Shown: positions 28,520-37,573, counted from the stretch's first letter. The stretch: DNA of 64,000 nt from an uncultured Lachnospiraceae bacterium (GCA_910586125.1 CAJUHP010000003.1:98552-162551), one strand, 5' to 3'. Notes: generated from the sequence alone by a model not told the origin. Made by a program: numbers and translations.

Positions 28520-31195
28520 ATGTTTTCGGATTCGTATTACAACGAAATAAAAGCCGGCTTTGAAGAGCAGATGGCTCTGCTTGATAAACGGTGTGAGGAG
28601 CTCTCTGAGGATGCGGGGGCGGACAGTCTGTCCGCTTCCCGCCTGGTTCTTCTGAGAGAAAAGCGGGAGGAGATCCGCCTGGCTCTAGCGCGGTGCAGCG
28701 AGGACGAGGCGCAGGCGCTTACATTTCTCTACAGTGCCATGCCGATCAGCGATCTGCTTGACTATCCGGCCGCTCTGTTTCTGGCCTATGCCAAACACGG
28801 CGTTTTTCTCTGGCATCACGGTCCGTTTGCCGGACAGGTACCGGAGCGCCTGTTTGCCAACTATGTCCTGCATCACCGGATCAACAATGAGGATATCGCG
28901 GATACCAGAGGCTTTTTCTACGATAGGGTGATCGGGCAGGTCGAGGGAAAAGACATGTTTCACGCCATTGTGGAGGCCAATTACTGGTGTGCGAGAGAGG
29001 CCACATACCGCTCTACCGACGGGCGGACACAGAATCCCCGAACCATGTTCGGAACGGCCATGGGCCGCTGCGGCGAAGAATCTACGATGGGTGTTACCAC
29101 GCTTCGCAGTATCGGAATTCCGGCCCGCCAGGTCTATGCGCCTCTGTGGTCTCACTGTGACGACAACCATGCCTGGGTCGAAGTCTGGTGCGAGGGAACG
29201 TGGCGCTTTTTAGGCGCCTGCGAGCCGGAAGAAAAGCTGAATCGGGGCTGGTTTACCGGTCCGGCATCGCGGGCCATGCTGCTGCACTCCCGCTGGTTTG
29301 GCAAGGATGAGCCGCAGGACCCGGTGGTTGGCCGCAAGGGAATGTCCAGAGTGCTGAATCATCTGGCCCGCTATGCGCATACCGCAGAGTTGACCTTGAA
29401 GATTGTGGACGAGGCAGGCGATCCGGTCCCGTCGGCAAAGGCCGTCTTCCAGGTGCTGAATTACGGCAGGTTCGGAACGGTGGCGGTGATCTGCGCGGGA
29501 GAATCCGGGGAGGACTGCGGCGTCGTCCGTCTGACGACAGGGCAGGGCGACCTGTACGTGAGCGCCAGCGGCAGAGGGCTTTGCGGGGAAATGCTTCTGT
29601 CTTTGACAGACAAGACAGCGGCTCATACTCTGGTTCTGAAAAAAGAACCGGAATGTACAGACGGCTTTGTCAATCTGGATTTTCATGCGCCTGCTCTGGG
29701 GCATATTCACAATGAATCCCTGACGCCGCAGGAGGAGAGCGTGGGAGCGGCAAAGCTGGAAGCGGCGGCCGCCTACCGCCAGAAGAAGGCGGCCGGCTTT
29801 TATGACGAGAGAGAAGCGGCCAGAGTGCTGGGACGTTTTGACAAAGAGGAACAGGAGAACCTTCAGGATATTTTGAAAAAAGCCCACAGCAATATGGGAG
29901 AGCTGGTGCGGTTCTTGGAGTGGGACGCTTCGGCTTGGCTGCGGGAAGACTGGCCGGCCGGCCGAACCGACCGCTGGAAGCTGGAGGTCTTAAAAGCGCT
30001 GCGGGAAAAAGACTGGTGGGATATCCGGGCGGAAATCCTGATCGACTGCTGCGAGGCGGCTCTTCCCTATGCGGGGACAATACCGGATGAGATTTTTTAC
30101 AAGGATCTGGTCTGCCCCAGAGCGGCGAATGAGATGGTGCGGCTCTGCCGGACGGCTCTGGCGCATCTTTTGAGCCCGGCGGAGGCGGAGGCATTTCGTC
30201 AGAATCCGGCGGCTGTGGCCGAATGGGTGCAGAAGAAAATGATTTCCATGCCGGATCAGGAGTATGAGGATCTGGTGACATCGCCGTTTGGCTGCCTGCG
30301 CGGCGGAATTGCCAGCCGGCATTCCCAGGCGGTCTTCGGAGTCAATCTTTGCCGCAGCCTGGGAATTCCGGCCAGACTTCGCCCTATGGATCTGATTTTG
30401 GAGTATTATCAGAACGGGCAGTTTGTAGCGGTCGGACAGACAGCAGAGGAGAACTGCCGTCTGACGCTGTGCGGCAGCGAATCTATGAAGCTGTCAGACT
30501 GGGAACATTACTCGGTTGAGAGATGGGAAGACGGTCATTTTGAGGACCTGTGGCTTGGGGAACAACTGCCGGAGGACGAGAGCACAGAGGAGCTGGAGAT
30601 TTCCCTTGCTCCTGGGATTTACCGGATTGTGACGGTGAATCGCCGCCAGAGCGGCGATCAGTTGGCGGCGATCTCTGTTTTTGCCCTGGAAAAAGGTGAG
30701 CAGAAGCGGGTGGTTCTGTCGCTGCGTGAAATCCCTGTGGATGAACTGCTGACCAGAAAGACGGTGACGGATTTCTCTCTGAAAGAAGAGGACGGAGGCA
30801 GCCGGACTATGGCCGGGCTGACCGGGGAGAGCCGGGCGCTGTTTGTGTGGTTGGAAGTGACCCGTGAGCCTACAGAGCATATTCTGAACGAACTTTTTGA
30901 AAAACAGGAAGAGTACGCGGCTCTTTCCGCTCCTCTTTACGCGGTGCTGCGCGCTCCCGCGGACCGGCAGAATAAGACGCTGGCCCGGACGCTGAAAGCT
31001 CTGCCGCAGATTCGGATTCTCTACGACGATTTTGGGGAAAGTTACCGGACGCTGGCCAAGGAGGCGGGGCAGGAACCCGGACGCCTTCCGCTGGCTGTCG
31101 TGATGGAGAGCGGTTCGGAATGTATTTACAGCGATTGCGGTTACAATGTAGGCATGGCAGATATGCTGCTGCGGATTCTTTCCGAAGAAGGTTAA
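28520..31195 (+). CDS. transglutaminase-fold (PNGase-like) domain protein, 891 aa, with a second degenerate copy of the core
   Basis: Core GRCGEESTMGVTTLRSIGIPARQVY...DDNHAWVEVW...WRFLGACEPE (Cys and His visible). A second RSLGIPAR segment at about aa 590-650 lacks the Cys/His. No signal peptide. Confidence 0.75.
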   Translation: MFSDSYYNEIKAGFEEQMALLDKRCEELSEDAGADSLSASRLVLLREKREEIRLALARCSEDEAQALTFLYSAMPISDLLDYPAALFLAYAKHGVFLWHHGPFAGQVPERLFANYVLHHRINNEDIADTRGFFYDRVIGQVEGKDMFHAIVEANYWCAREATYRSTDGRTQNPRTMFGTAMGRCGEESTMGVTTLRSIGIPARQVYAPLWSHCDDNHAWVEVWCEGTWRFLGACEPEEKLNRGWFTGPASRAMLLHSRWFGKDEPQDPVVGRKGMSRVLNHLARYAHTAELTLKIVDEAGDPVPSAKAVFQVLNYGRFGTVAVICAGESGEDCGVVRLTTGQGDLYVSASGRGLCGEMLLSLTDKTAAHTLVLKKEPECTDGFVNLDFHAPALGHIHNESLTPQEESVGAAKLEAAAAYRQKKAAGFYDEREAARVLGRFDKEEQENLQDILKKAHSNMGELVRFLEWDASAWLREDWPAGRTDRWKLEVLKALREKDWWDIRAEILIDCCEAALPYAGTIPDEIFYKDLVCPRAANEMVRLCRTALAHLLSPAEAEAFRQNPAAVAEWVQKKMISMPDQEYEDLVTSPFGCLRGGIASRHSQAVFGVNLCRSLGIPARLRPMDLILEYYQNGQFVAVGQTAEENCRLTLCGSESMKLSDWEHYSVERWEDGHFEDLWLGEQLPEDESTEELEISLAPGIYRIVTVNRRQSGDQLAAISVFALEKGEQKRVVLSLREIPVDELLTRKTVTDFSLKEEDGGSRTMAGLTGESRALFVWLEVTREPTEHILNELFEKQEEYAALSAPLYAVLRAPADRQNKTLARTLKALPQIRILYDDFGESYRTLAKEAGQEPGRLPLAVVMESGSECIYSDCGYNVGMADMLLRILSEEG

Positions 31196-31272
31196 GATCT
31201 CACTGCATGAAACGCCAGGATGCGTGAATATTATATGTCACTTGTCTGCGTAAAAAGATACAAGCTGAAAAG

Positions 31273-31317
31273 AGCCGATAGCAGAGACGAAAAATATGTT
31301 CTGCTGTCGGCTTTTTT
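31273..31317. terminator. bidirectional terminator between convergent genes
   Basis: A 13-bp stem, AGCCGATAGCAGA / TCTGCTGTCGGCT (one G-U pair), with a T-run downstream and an A-run upstream. Confidence 0.8.
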
Positions 31318-31360
31318 ATTACATGGCTCTTAGCTTATATTCGCTGTGATACAGATGAAA

Positions 31361-32428
31361 TCAGGACGGAAAATATGCGGTTTTGCCGTCGGAGAAGATG
31401 GCGAGCGTTCCCTTTCCATCCGAAGACGGGCAGGTGATCTCAAAGGTATGGAATGTCGTGCGGATCTGATAGGGAAGTTCAGCTACCGTCTGGTTGGCTT
31501 CGCAGGGGCTGAGCCAGGTCAAAATCTCCTTCAGGGCGATAAGGCTGTCGGAGTAGACTCCCTTCTCGTCAAAATGGGCCTGCTCGGCATAGTAGAGCTT
31601 GCGCAGCTCCCATTTGCGGTATTCGTCATCCGGAATTCGGAACGAGTCATCGGATTCCTTTCCGTCGGAGAAAAACACAAATGCCCACAATTCCGGGTAG
31701 TGAATGTTGATGACACCGGTGGGAGCCCAGACCCAGTTGTCTTCGGGCAGGGGCGTCTGCGTTCCTTCACGCAGCCGTTTTTGATAAACGCCGTCCACCA
31801 CATCTACGGTCCACTGAACACGGGAAAAATTGACGCGGTAATATTCGCCGGAAACCGGAGAACGGTTTTCGGATGCGCATTCCTTTAAGGCGGCGAAAGG
31901 GAGGACGACTTCGACAGACCAAAAGCGATTCTGCTCGCCAGGCTTGTTTAACGTGCCGTCGATATGTACAGCGGAGCGCATTCCGCGGAATTCAAAACCG
32001 TTCACCGGTTTGCCGGCATCCCGGTAGGCTTTGGTCAGAAGCAGATCCCAGGTGGTATTGAGAGCATTCATCTCGTACTCATAGTAGGCCTGGGTATCGG
32101 AGTCCGGATCGATGAAAATCTCGAAATCATTATCCTGGAAGATAACGGAATCATGTTCTAACAGATTGGCCCAGATTTCATCGCCCTCTAAAAGCGCTCC
32201 GATATAGAGATTTTCTTTATCCCATGCCAGCTTAGCGCGGGTACGGAAACGGGGAACCGGCCGGATCGTCCCCTCGATATCAGGAAAATCCTCCGTAAAA
32301 GGAATGTCATTCCAGAAATCTTTGTCCAGCCGTCCGTCCAGCTGAAAGGGTTTTTCATTGTAACGGCAGACATAGACAGGCGGGGCAAAGGGAACAGCGG
32401 GGATCGGAATGCGGTAATTGTGACTCAT
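31361..32428 (-). CDS. carbohydrate-binding family 9-like (DOMON-like) protein, no signal peptide
   Basis: LDGRLDKDFWNDIP, NLYIGALLEGDEIWA, FQDNDFEIFIDPD and YYEYEMNALNTTWDL are typical of CBM9-like modules as I recall them. Confidence 0.55.
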   Translation of the reverse strand: MSHNYRIPIPAVPFAPPVYVCRYNEKPFQLDGRLDKDFWNDIPFTEDFPDIEGTIRPVPRFRTRAKLAWDKENLYIGALLEGDEIWANLLEHDSVIFQDNDFEIFIDPDSDTQAYYEYEMNALNTTWDLLLTKAYRDAGKPVNGFEFRGMRSAVHIDGTLNKPGEQNRFWSVEVVLPFAALKECASENRSPVSGEYYRVNFSRVQWTVDVVDGVYQKRLREGTQTPLPEDNWVWAPTGVINIHYPELWAFVFFSDGKESDDSFRIPDDEYRKWELRKLYYAEQAHFDEKGVYSDSLIALKEILTWLSPCEANQTVAELPYQIRTTFHTFEITCPSSDGKGTLAIFSDGKTAYFPS

Positions 32429-32484
32429 GTAAAATACCTCTCCTTCTCATGATTGTGGTCTGAAAAGATTGTTCAGACAAAATC

Positions 32485-32513
32485 ATTATAGCATTTTGAG
32501 AAGGGGAAGTAAA
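32485..32513 (-). promoter_or_regulatory. promoter of the CBM9-like gene (TTTACT-17-TGcTATAAT)
   Basis: Minus-strand hexamers at 32508-32513 and 32485-32490, with an extended -10. Confidence 0.6.
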
Positions 32514-32527
32514 TAGGAAGGAGGCGA

Positions 32528-32977
32528 AATCTGGTCAGCGGATACGATGTGTTTCCGACGGTTTTAGAGCTGGCGGGTATTGCCAATCCGCTGGCCGGCG
32601 AGCTTCCGGGGCGAAGCTTTGCGGGCAGTCTTTTCTGGGAGAAGACATGGGAGGAGGAAGAGGTGGTGATCTTTGACGAGTACGGACCGGTTCGCATGAT
32701 CCGCAGCCGGGAATGGAAATATATTCACCGCTATCCTTACGGGGAACATGAACTGTACCATCTGAGCGACGATCCGCAGGAAAATATCAATCTGTACGGT
32801 CTGCCGGAATACGAAGAAAAGGTTCTGGAACTGCGAAAGAAGATGGAAAAATGGTTCTTGCAGTATGTAAATCCGTAAATTGACGGTATCAAGGAGGGCG
32901 TGACCGGTTCCGGACAGCTCTGCCGTGCCGGGATTTACGCAGACCGGATGGAAGTCTATCCTCCGGTGGGAAAATAA
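32528..32977 (+). pseudogene. sulfatase-family gene remnant (only the C-terminal ~110 codons, plus an in-frame stop)
   Basis: LVSGYDVFPTVLELAGI...YHLSDDPQENINLY...WFLQYVNP is a sulfatase C-terminal region. The frame opens only at 32513, so the catalytic N-terminal ~350 aa are missing. The reading frame continues for 32 more codons after the TAA at 32876. Confidence 0.6.
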
Positions 32978-32991
32978 ACCGGGATTTGGAG

Positions 32992-33024
32992 AAACGGGCA
33001 GGAGAAAAATTCTCCTGCCCGTTT
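32992..33024. terminator. hairpin terminator downstream of the activase gene
   Basis: A 15-bp perfect stem, AAACGGGCAGGAGAA / TTCTCCTGCCCGTTT, with a 3-nt loop, 4 nt past the stop at 33028. Confidence 0.7.
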
Positions 33025-33027
33025 GCG

Positions 33028-36000
33028 TCAGATTCGATTCTGTGCTGTCGCCAGCATCAGTTTAATCCGGTTTAGCTGGTTGACCTCGCTGGCTCCCGGA
33101 TCATAGTCCACCGCGATGATATTGGCCTCGGGATGGGCAGCCCGCAGTTCCTTGATGACGCCTTTGCCCACGATATGGTTGGGCAGACAGCCAAAGGGCT
33201 GCGTACAGACGATATTGGGCGCACCGGAATGGATCAGCTCCAGCATCTCCCCGGTCAAAAACCATCCTTCCCCGGTCTGATTGCCCAGAGATACAAAGTC
33301 CTGTGCATAGCGGGCCAGATCCTGAATCCGGACCGGAGGCGTAAAATGCCGGCTTTTTTGCAGTTCTTTTCTGGCGGTTTTGCGCAGAAACTCGATGGCG
33401 GAGATCCCGACGTTGCAAAGTCTGGCTGTGGAACGCTTCATGCCCAGATGCTCGGCTTTAAAGTTGCTGTTGTAGAAAGAATACAGCAGAAAATCCATCA
33501 GATCCGGCATGACGGCCTCGGCGCCTTCTCGCTCCAAGAGCTCCACCAGATGATTGTTGGCCTCGGGATGAAATTTAACCAGAATTTCCCCGACGATTCC
33601 CACCCTGGGTTTTTTCAGATCTTCGCGGATCGGCAGCCGGTCAAAGTCTCTTATGATGCCCCTTACATTTGCCTTAAACCGCCCGAAAGAAGGTTTGCCG
33701 GAGAGCGCTTCGATGCAGCGTTTTTCCCATTTTTCGTGGAGAGCGTCCGCAGAACCGGGCGTGATCTCATAGGGCCGCATCCGATACAGAACCCGCATAA
33801 ACAGATCGCCGTAGACGATGGCCTGCATGGCCTTGACCACCATGGTCGGCGTCATCGTCCAGCCGGAATTGTTTTCCAGACCCTGAACGCTCAGGGAAAT
33901 GACGGGGATCTGCGGCATACCGGCTTTTTCCAGGGCGCGGCGGATAAAGCCGATGTAGTTGGTAGCCCGGCAGCCGCCGCCGGTCTGTGTGATGATGACG
34001 GCGACGCGGTTGATATCATAACGCCCGGATAAGAGTGCCTCCATAATCTGCCCGACCACAATCAGAGACGGATAGCAGGCGTCGTTATTGACGTATTTCA
34101 GGCCCATATCCAGCGACTGCTCCTTGGCGCTTTTGAGAATCTCGATGTGATAGCCGCAGGAATTCAGCGCAGCCTGCAGCATACCGAAATGGATCGGAGA
34201 CATCTGCGGGCATAGAATCGTGTAGTCCCTTTTCATCGCCTCGGTAAACTCAGTGCGGCGGTAGCTGGCTGAAACCACTTTTTGCTCCATGGGTATACGC
34301 GTGCGCAGATGCAGGGCGGAGATCAGAGAACGAATGCGGATGCGGGCCGCTCCCAGGTTGCTGACCTCGTCAATTTTGAGCACGGTATAAAGTTTGCCGG
34401 ATCGGGTCAGAATATCATTGACTTGATCCGTGGTGACAGCGTCCAGGCCGCAGCCAAAGGAGTTGAGCTGAATCAGATTCAGATCGGCGCGTGTTTTGAC
34501 AAACTGGGCGGCGCGGTACAGCCGGGAATGATACATCCATTGATCGACCGCCATCAGAGGGCGTTCCGGCTGGGCCAGGTGCGAGACGGAATCCTCCGTC
34601 AGCACACAAAGGCCGTAGGAAGCGATCAGCTCCGGGATACCATGATTGATCTCCGGGTCCACATGATAGGGCCGCCCCGCCAGAACAATGCCCTGACAGC
34701 CGGTTTCCTGCATATACCGAAGCGTCTCCTCCCCCTTTTCCTCGATGTCACGCCGGGCGCGCTCCTGCTCCGCCCAGCCTTTCTGACAGGCGGCTCGGAT
34801 CTCGGCGGCCGGAATGGAGAACGATTCGCTGAACACGCTGACCAGTTGTTTTTCCAAAGCTTCCTCGCTGGAAAAGGGCAGAAACGGGTTCATAAAGCGA
34901 ACCGGCTGTTTCTGCAGCTCTTCGACGTTGTTCTTGATGTTTTCTGCGTAGGAGGTGACAATGGGGCAGTTATAGTGGTTGGCCGCTTCCGGCGTCTCAT
35001 TGCGCTCGTACGGAATGCAGGGGTAGAAGATAAACGGAACCTTCTGTTCCATCAGCCAGGCGATATGGCCGTGAGCCAGCTTGGCCGGGTAGCATTCCGA
35101 TTCGCTGGGGATGGATTCCATTCCCTTTTCATACAGCTTGTGTGAGGAGAGAGGCGACAGAAGAACCCGCCAGCCCAGCTCCCGGAAGAAAACGGCCCAG
35201 AACGGGAAATTTTCATACAGATTCAGCACTCTGGGAATCCCTACGATTCCGCGGGGCGCTTCCGTTTCCTCCAGCGGCTCATAGTGGAACAGGCGGTCCA
35301 GTTTGTAGGCAAAGAGGTTGGGCACGGTTTTTTTTGCTTTCTCCACGCCCAATCCCTTCTCGCACCGGTTGCCGGAGATATAACGGCGGCCCCCCTCGAA
35401 GAGGTTGACGGTCAGAAGACAGTGGTTGGTGCAGCCCTGGCAGCGGGTCATGCGGGTCTCATAAGACAGATGAAGGATATCGTCGAGGGAGAGCATTTTT
35501 GTGGGCTGCCCATGGCAGCGCTCTCTGGCGATCAGGGCCGCGCCGAACGCGCCCATGATTCCGGCGATGTCCGGGCGTACGGCCTCGCAGCCGCTGATGC
35601 GCTCAAAGCTGCGCAGGACGGCGTCATTTAAAAACGTACCGCCCTGGACGACAATGTGTTTTCCCAGATCCTCGGGTCCGGTTATCTTCATCACCTTATA
35701 CAGAGCGTTGCGGATCACGGAGTAAGCCAGGCCGGCTGAGATGTCGGCTACCTGGGCGCCCTCCTTCTGCGCCTGCTTGACATTGGAATTCATGAATACG
35801 GTGCAGCGGGTTCCCAGATCAATGGGATTTTTGGCAAACAGCGCTTCTCTGGCAAAGGCCGGAGCCGTATAGCCCAAGGAGATGGCGAACGTCTCGATAA
35901 AGGAGCCGCAGCCGGAAGAGCAGGCTTCGTTGAGCTGGACGTTATCGACCGCGTGATCCCGGATGTGGATGCACTTCATGTCCTGTCCGCCGATATCGAG

Positions 36001-37296
36001 AATGCAGTCTACCTCCGGCTCAAAAAACGACGCGGCATAGTAGTGAGAGATGGTCTCGACTTCTCCCTCATCGAGCATAAAGGCAGCCTGAAGAAGAGAT
36101 TCTCCGTAGCCGGTGGAGCAGGAATAGGCGATATGGGCGGTGTCCGGAAGCCGGTTTTTGATCTCACCGATGGCCTGCATGGCCGTGGCCAAAGGGCTCC
36201 CGTTGTTATTGCTGTAGAAAGAATAGAGCAGCGTGCCGTCTTCTGCGACGACAGCCGCCTTGGTGGTGGTGGAGCCGGCGTCGATTCCCAGATAACAGGG
36301 GCCGCTGTAGGCGGACAGATCAGCGGTCTGAACACGGTGGCGGCAGTGGCGCCGGTAGAAAACATTGTATTCTTCCTGGTTGGCAAACAGAGGCTCCAGC
36401 CGTTTGACTTCAAAACGTATTTTTACCCCCTGAGAAAGCTTCTCATAGAGGCTGCTGATCGAGATCGGCGAGGCGCCCTGTCTTTCAGGCACGCTTTCCC
36501 CGGAGGCGGCGCTCTGCCGGCATGGCGCCTGCATGGCGGCGCCCACGGCGGCGAAAAGGTGAGAGTGTGCGGGGTCGATCACGTGCTCCGGCGTCAGATT
36601 CAGCGTGCGGATGAAAGCTTTCTTCAGATTCGGCAGAAAATGCAGAGGACCGCCCAAAAAGGCGACGTTGCCCCGGATGGGTTTGCCGCAGGCCAGGCCG
36701 CTGATCGTCTGATTGACTACAGCCTGAAAAATGGAGGCGGACAAGTCCTCTCGGGTGGCGCCCTCGTTGATCAGAGGCTGGATGTCGGATTTGGCGAACA
36801 CGCCGCAGCGGGCGGCGATGGGGTAGATTGCTTTGTAGCCGGCGGCGTATTCGTTCAGGCCAGCGGCGTCGGTTTGAAGGAGCGCCGCCATCTGATCGAT
36901 AAAAGAACCGGTTCCGCCGGCGCAGATGCCGTTCATCCGCTGGTCGATTCCGCCGGTGAAATAGATGATTTTGGCGTCCTCGCCGCCCAGCTCGATGGCC
37001 ACATCGGTCTGGGGGGCATAATCCTTCAGCGCGGCCGCCACTGCGACGACCTCCTGCACAAAGGGAATATCCAGAATACCGGCCAAGGAAAGCCCGCCGG
37101 AGCCGGTGATAACCGGAGCGAACGAAATCTCTCCGAGCTGTGTTCTGGCCCGGTCCAAAAGGGCGGCCAGCGTCTCCTGAATATTGGCAAAGTGCCGTTC
37201 GTAGTCAGAAAAAAGGATGCGGTTTTCCGCGTCCAAGATGGCTATTTTAACTGTGGTGGAACCGATGTCGATTCCCAGAGTATGGCTGGTTTGCAT
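33028..37296 (-). CDS. fused double BcrAD/BadFG-type ATPase (2-hydroxyacyl-CoA dehydratase activase-like) with a large C-terminal DUF2229-like region, 1423 aa
   Basis: Two ASKHA ATPase modules (LGIDIGSTTVKIAILD and YLGIDAGSTTTKAAVV), each with a cluster-helix context (ARCGVFAKSD and TRCTVFMNSN). A long C-terminal extension. ATG 37296 after GAGGGG. Confidence 0.85.
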   Translation of the reverse strand: MQTSHTLGIDIGSTTVKIAILDAENRILFSDYERHFANIQETLAALLDRARTQLGEISFAPVITGSGGLSLAGILDIPFVQEVVAVAAALKDYAPQTDVAIELGGEDAKIIYFTGGIDQRMNGICAGGTGSFIDQMAALLQTDAAGLNEYAAGYKAIYPIAARCGVFAKSDIQPLINEGATREDLSASIFQAVVNQTISGLACGKPIRGNVAFLGGPLHFLPNLKKAFIRTLNLTPEHVIDPAHSHLFAAVGAAMQAPCRQSAASGESVPERQGASPISISSLYEKLSQGVKIRFEVKRLEPLFANQEEYNVFYRRHCRHRVQTADLSAYSGPCYLGIDAGSTTTKAAVVAEDGTLLYSFYSNNNGSPLATAMQAIGEIKNRLPDTAHIAYSCSTGYGESLLQAAFMLDEGEVETISHYYAASFFEPEVDCILDIGGQDMKCIHIRDHAVDNVQLNEACSSGCGSFIETFAISLGYTAPAFAREALFAKNPIDLGTRCTVFMNSNVKQAQKEGAQVADISAGLAYSVIRNALYKVMKITGPEDLGKHIVVQGGTFLNDAVLRSFERISGCEAVRPDIAGIMGAFGAALIARERCHGQPTKMLSLDDILHLSYETRMTRCQGCTNHCLLTVNLFEGGRRYISGNRCEKGLGVEKAKKTVPNLFAYKLDRLFHYEPLEETEAPRGIVGIPRVLNLYENFPFWAVFFRELGWRVLLSPLSSHKLYEKGMESIPSESECYPAKLAHGHIAWLMEQKVPFIFYPCIPYERNETPEAANHYNCPIVTSYAENIKNNVEELQKQPVRFMNPFLPFSSEEALEKQLVSVFSESFSIPAAEIRAACQKGWAEQERARRDIEEKGEETLRYMQETGCQGIVLAGRPYHVDPEINHGIPELIASYGLCVLTEDSVSHLAQPERPLMAVDQWMYHSRLYRAAQFVKTRADLNLIQLNSFGCGLDAVTTDQVNDILTRSGKLYTVLKIDEVSNLGAARIRIRSLISALHLRTRIPMEQKVVSASYRRTEFTEAMKRDYTILCPQMSPIHFGMLQAALNSCGYHIEILKSAKEQSLDMGLKYVNNDACYPSLIVVGQIMEALLSGRYDINRVAVIITQTGGGCRATNYIGFIRRALEKAGMPQIPVISLSVQGLENNSGWTMTPTMVVKAMQAIVYGDLFMRVLYRMRPYEITPGSADALHEKWEKRCIEALSGKPSFGRFKANVRGIIRDFDRLPIREDLKKPRVGIVGEILVKFHPEANNHLVELLEREGAEAVMPDLMDFLLYSFYNSNFKAEHLGMKRSTARLCNVGISAIEFLRKTARKELQKSRHFTPPVRIQDLARYAQDFVSLGNQTGEGWFLTGEMLELIHSGAPNIVCTQPFGCLPNHIVGKGVIKELRAAHPEANIIAVDYDPGASEVNQLNRIKLMLATAQNRI

Positions 37297-37345
37297 TATA
37301 ATTTCCCCTCTGTAAAAGTCTCTATATATTAATGTAAGTATCCAT

Positions 37346-37374
37346 ATTATAAAAGGTTCGTTCACAAATTTCAA
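37346..37374 (-). promoter_or_regulatory. promoter of the activase-fusion gene (TTGAAA-17-TATAAT)
   Basis: Minus-strand hexamers at 37369-37374 and 37346-37351. Confidence 0.6.
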
Positions 37375-37470
37375 TACGAAAGAGAACAGAAAACTGTAAA
37401 TAAAATGTGAAGAAAACGCAGAAGAAGAAAAGACGAACGCAAACGGCAGCAGGATTTGCCAGGATTATAT

Positions 37471-37499
37471 TTGACAAACAGGGGAAATTTTCCTATAAT
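37471..37499 (+). promoter_or_regulatory. consensus promoter (TTGACA-17-TATAAT)
   Basis: Perfect hexamers at 37471-37476 and 37494-37499, 75 nt before ATG 37574. Confidence 0.7.
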
Positions 37500-37573
37500 G
37501 AAAAAGGTATTACCACGGCAGCGGCATGCGCTGGCGTAAGGCACAGACAATAGGAAAAGAAAAGAGGAACGGC

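Noticed and set aside
35953-37332. A 459-aa plus-strand ORF, together with similar long ORFs at 33133-34032, 34282-35145, 26946-28358, 25587-26525, 20391-21386, 37583-38566, 38636-39538, 54308-55306, 59798-60787 and 61395-62579.
   Set aside because: All lie antisense to, or out of frame with, genes that have strong family motifs. Their translations are Arg/Gly/Pro/His-rich low-complexity strings typical of shadow ORFs in GC-rich coding DNA. None has an SD-like sequence.
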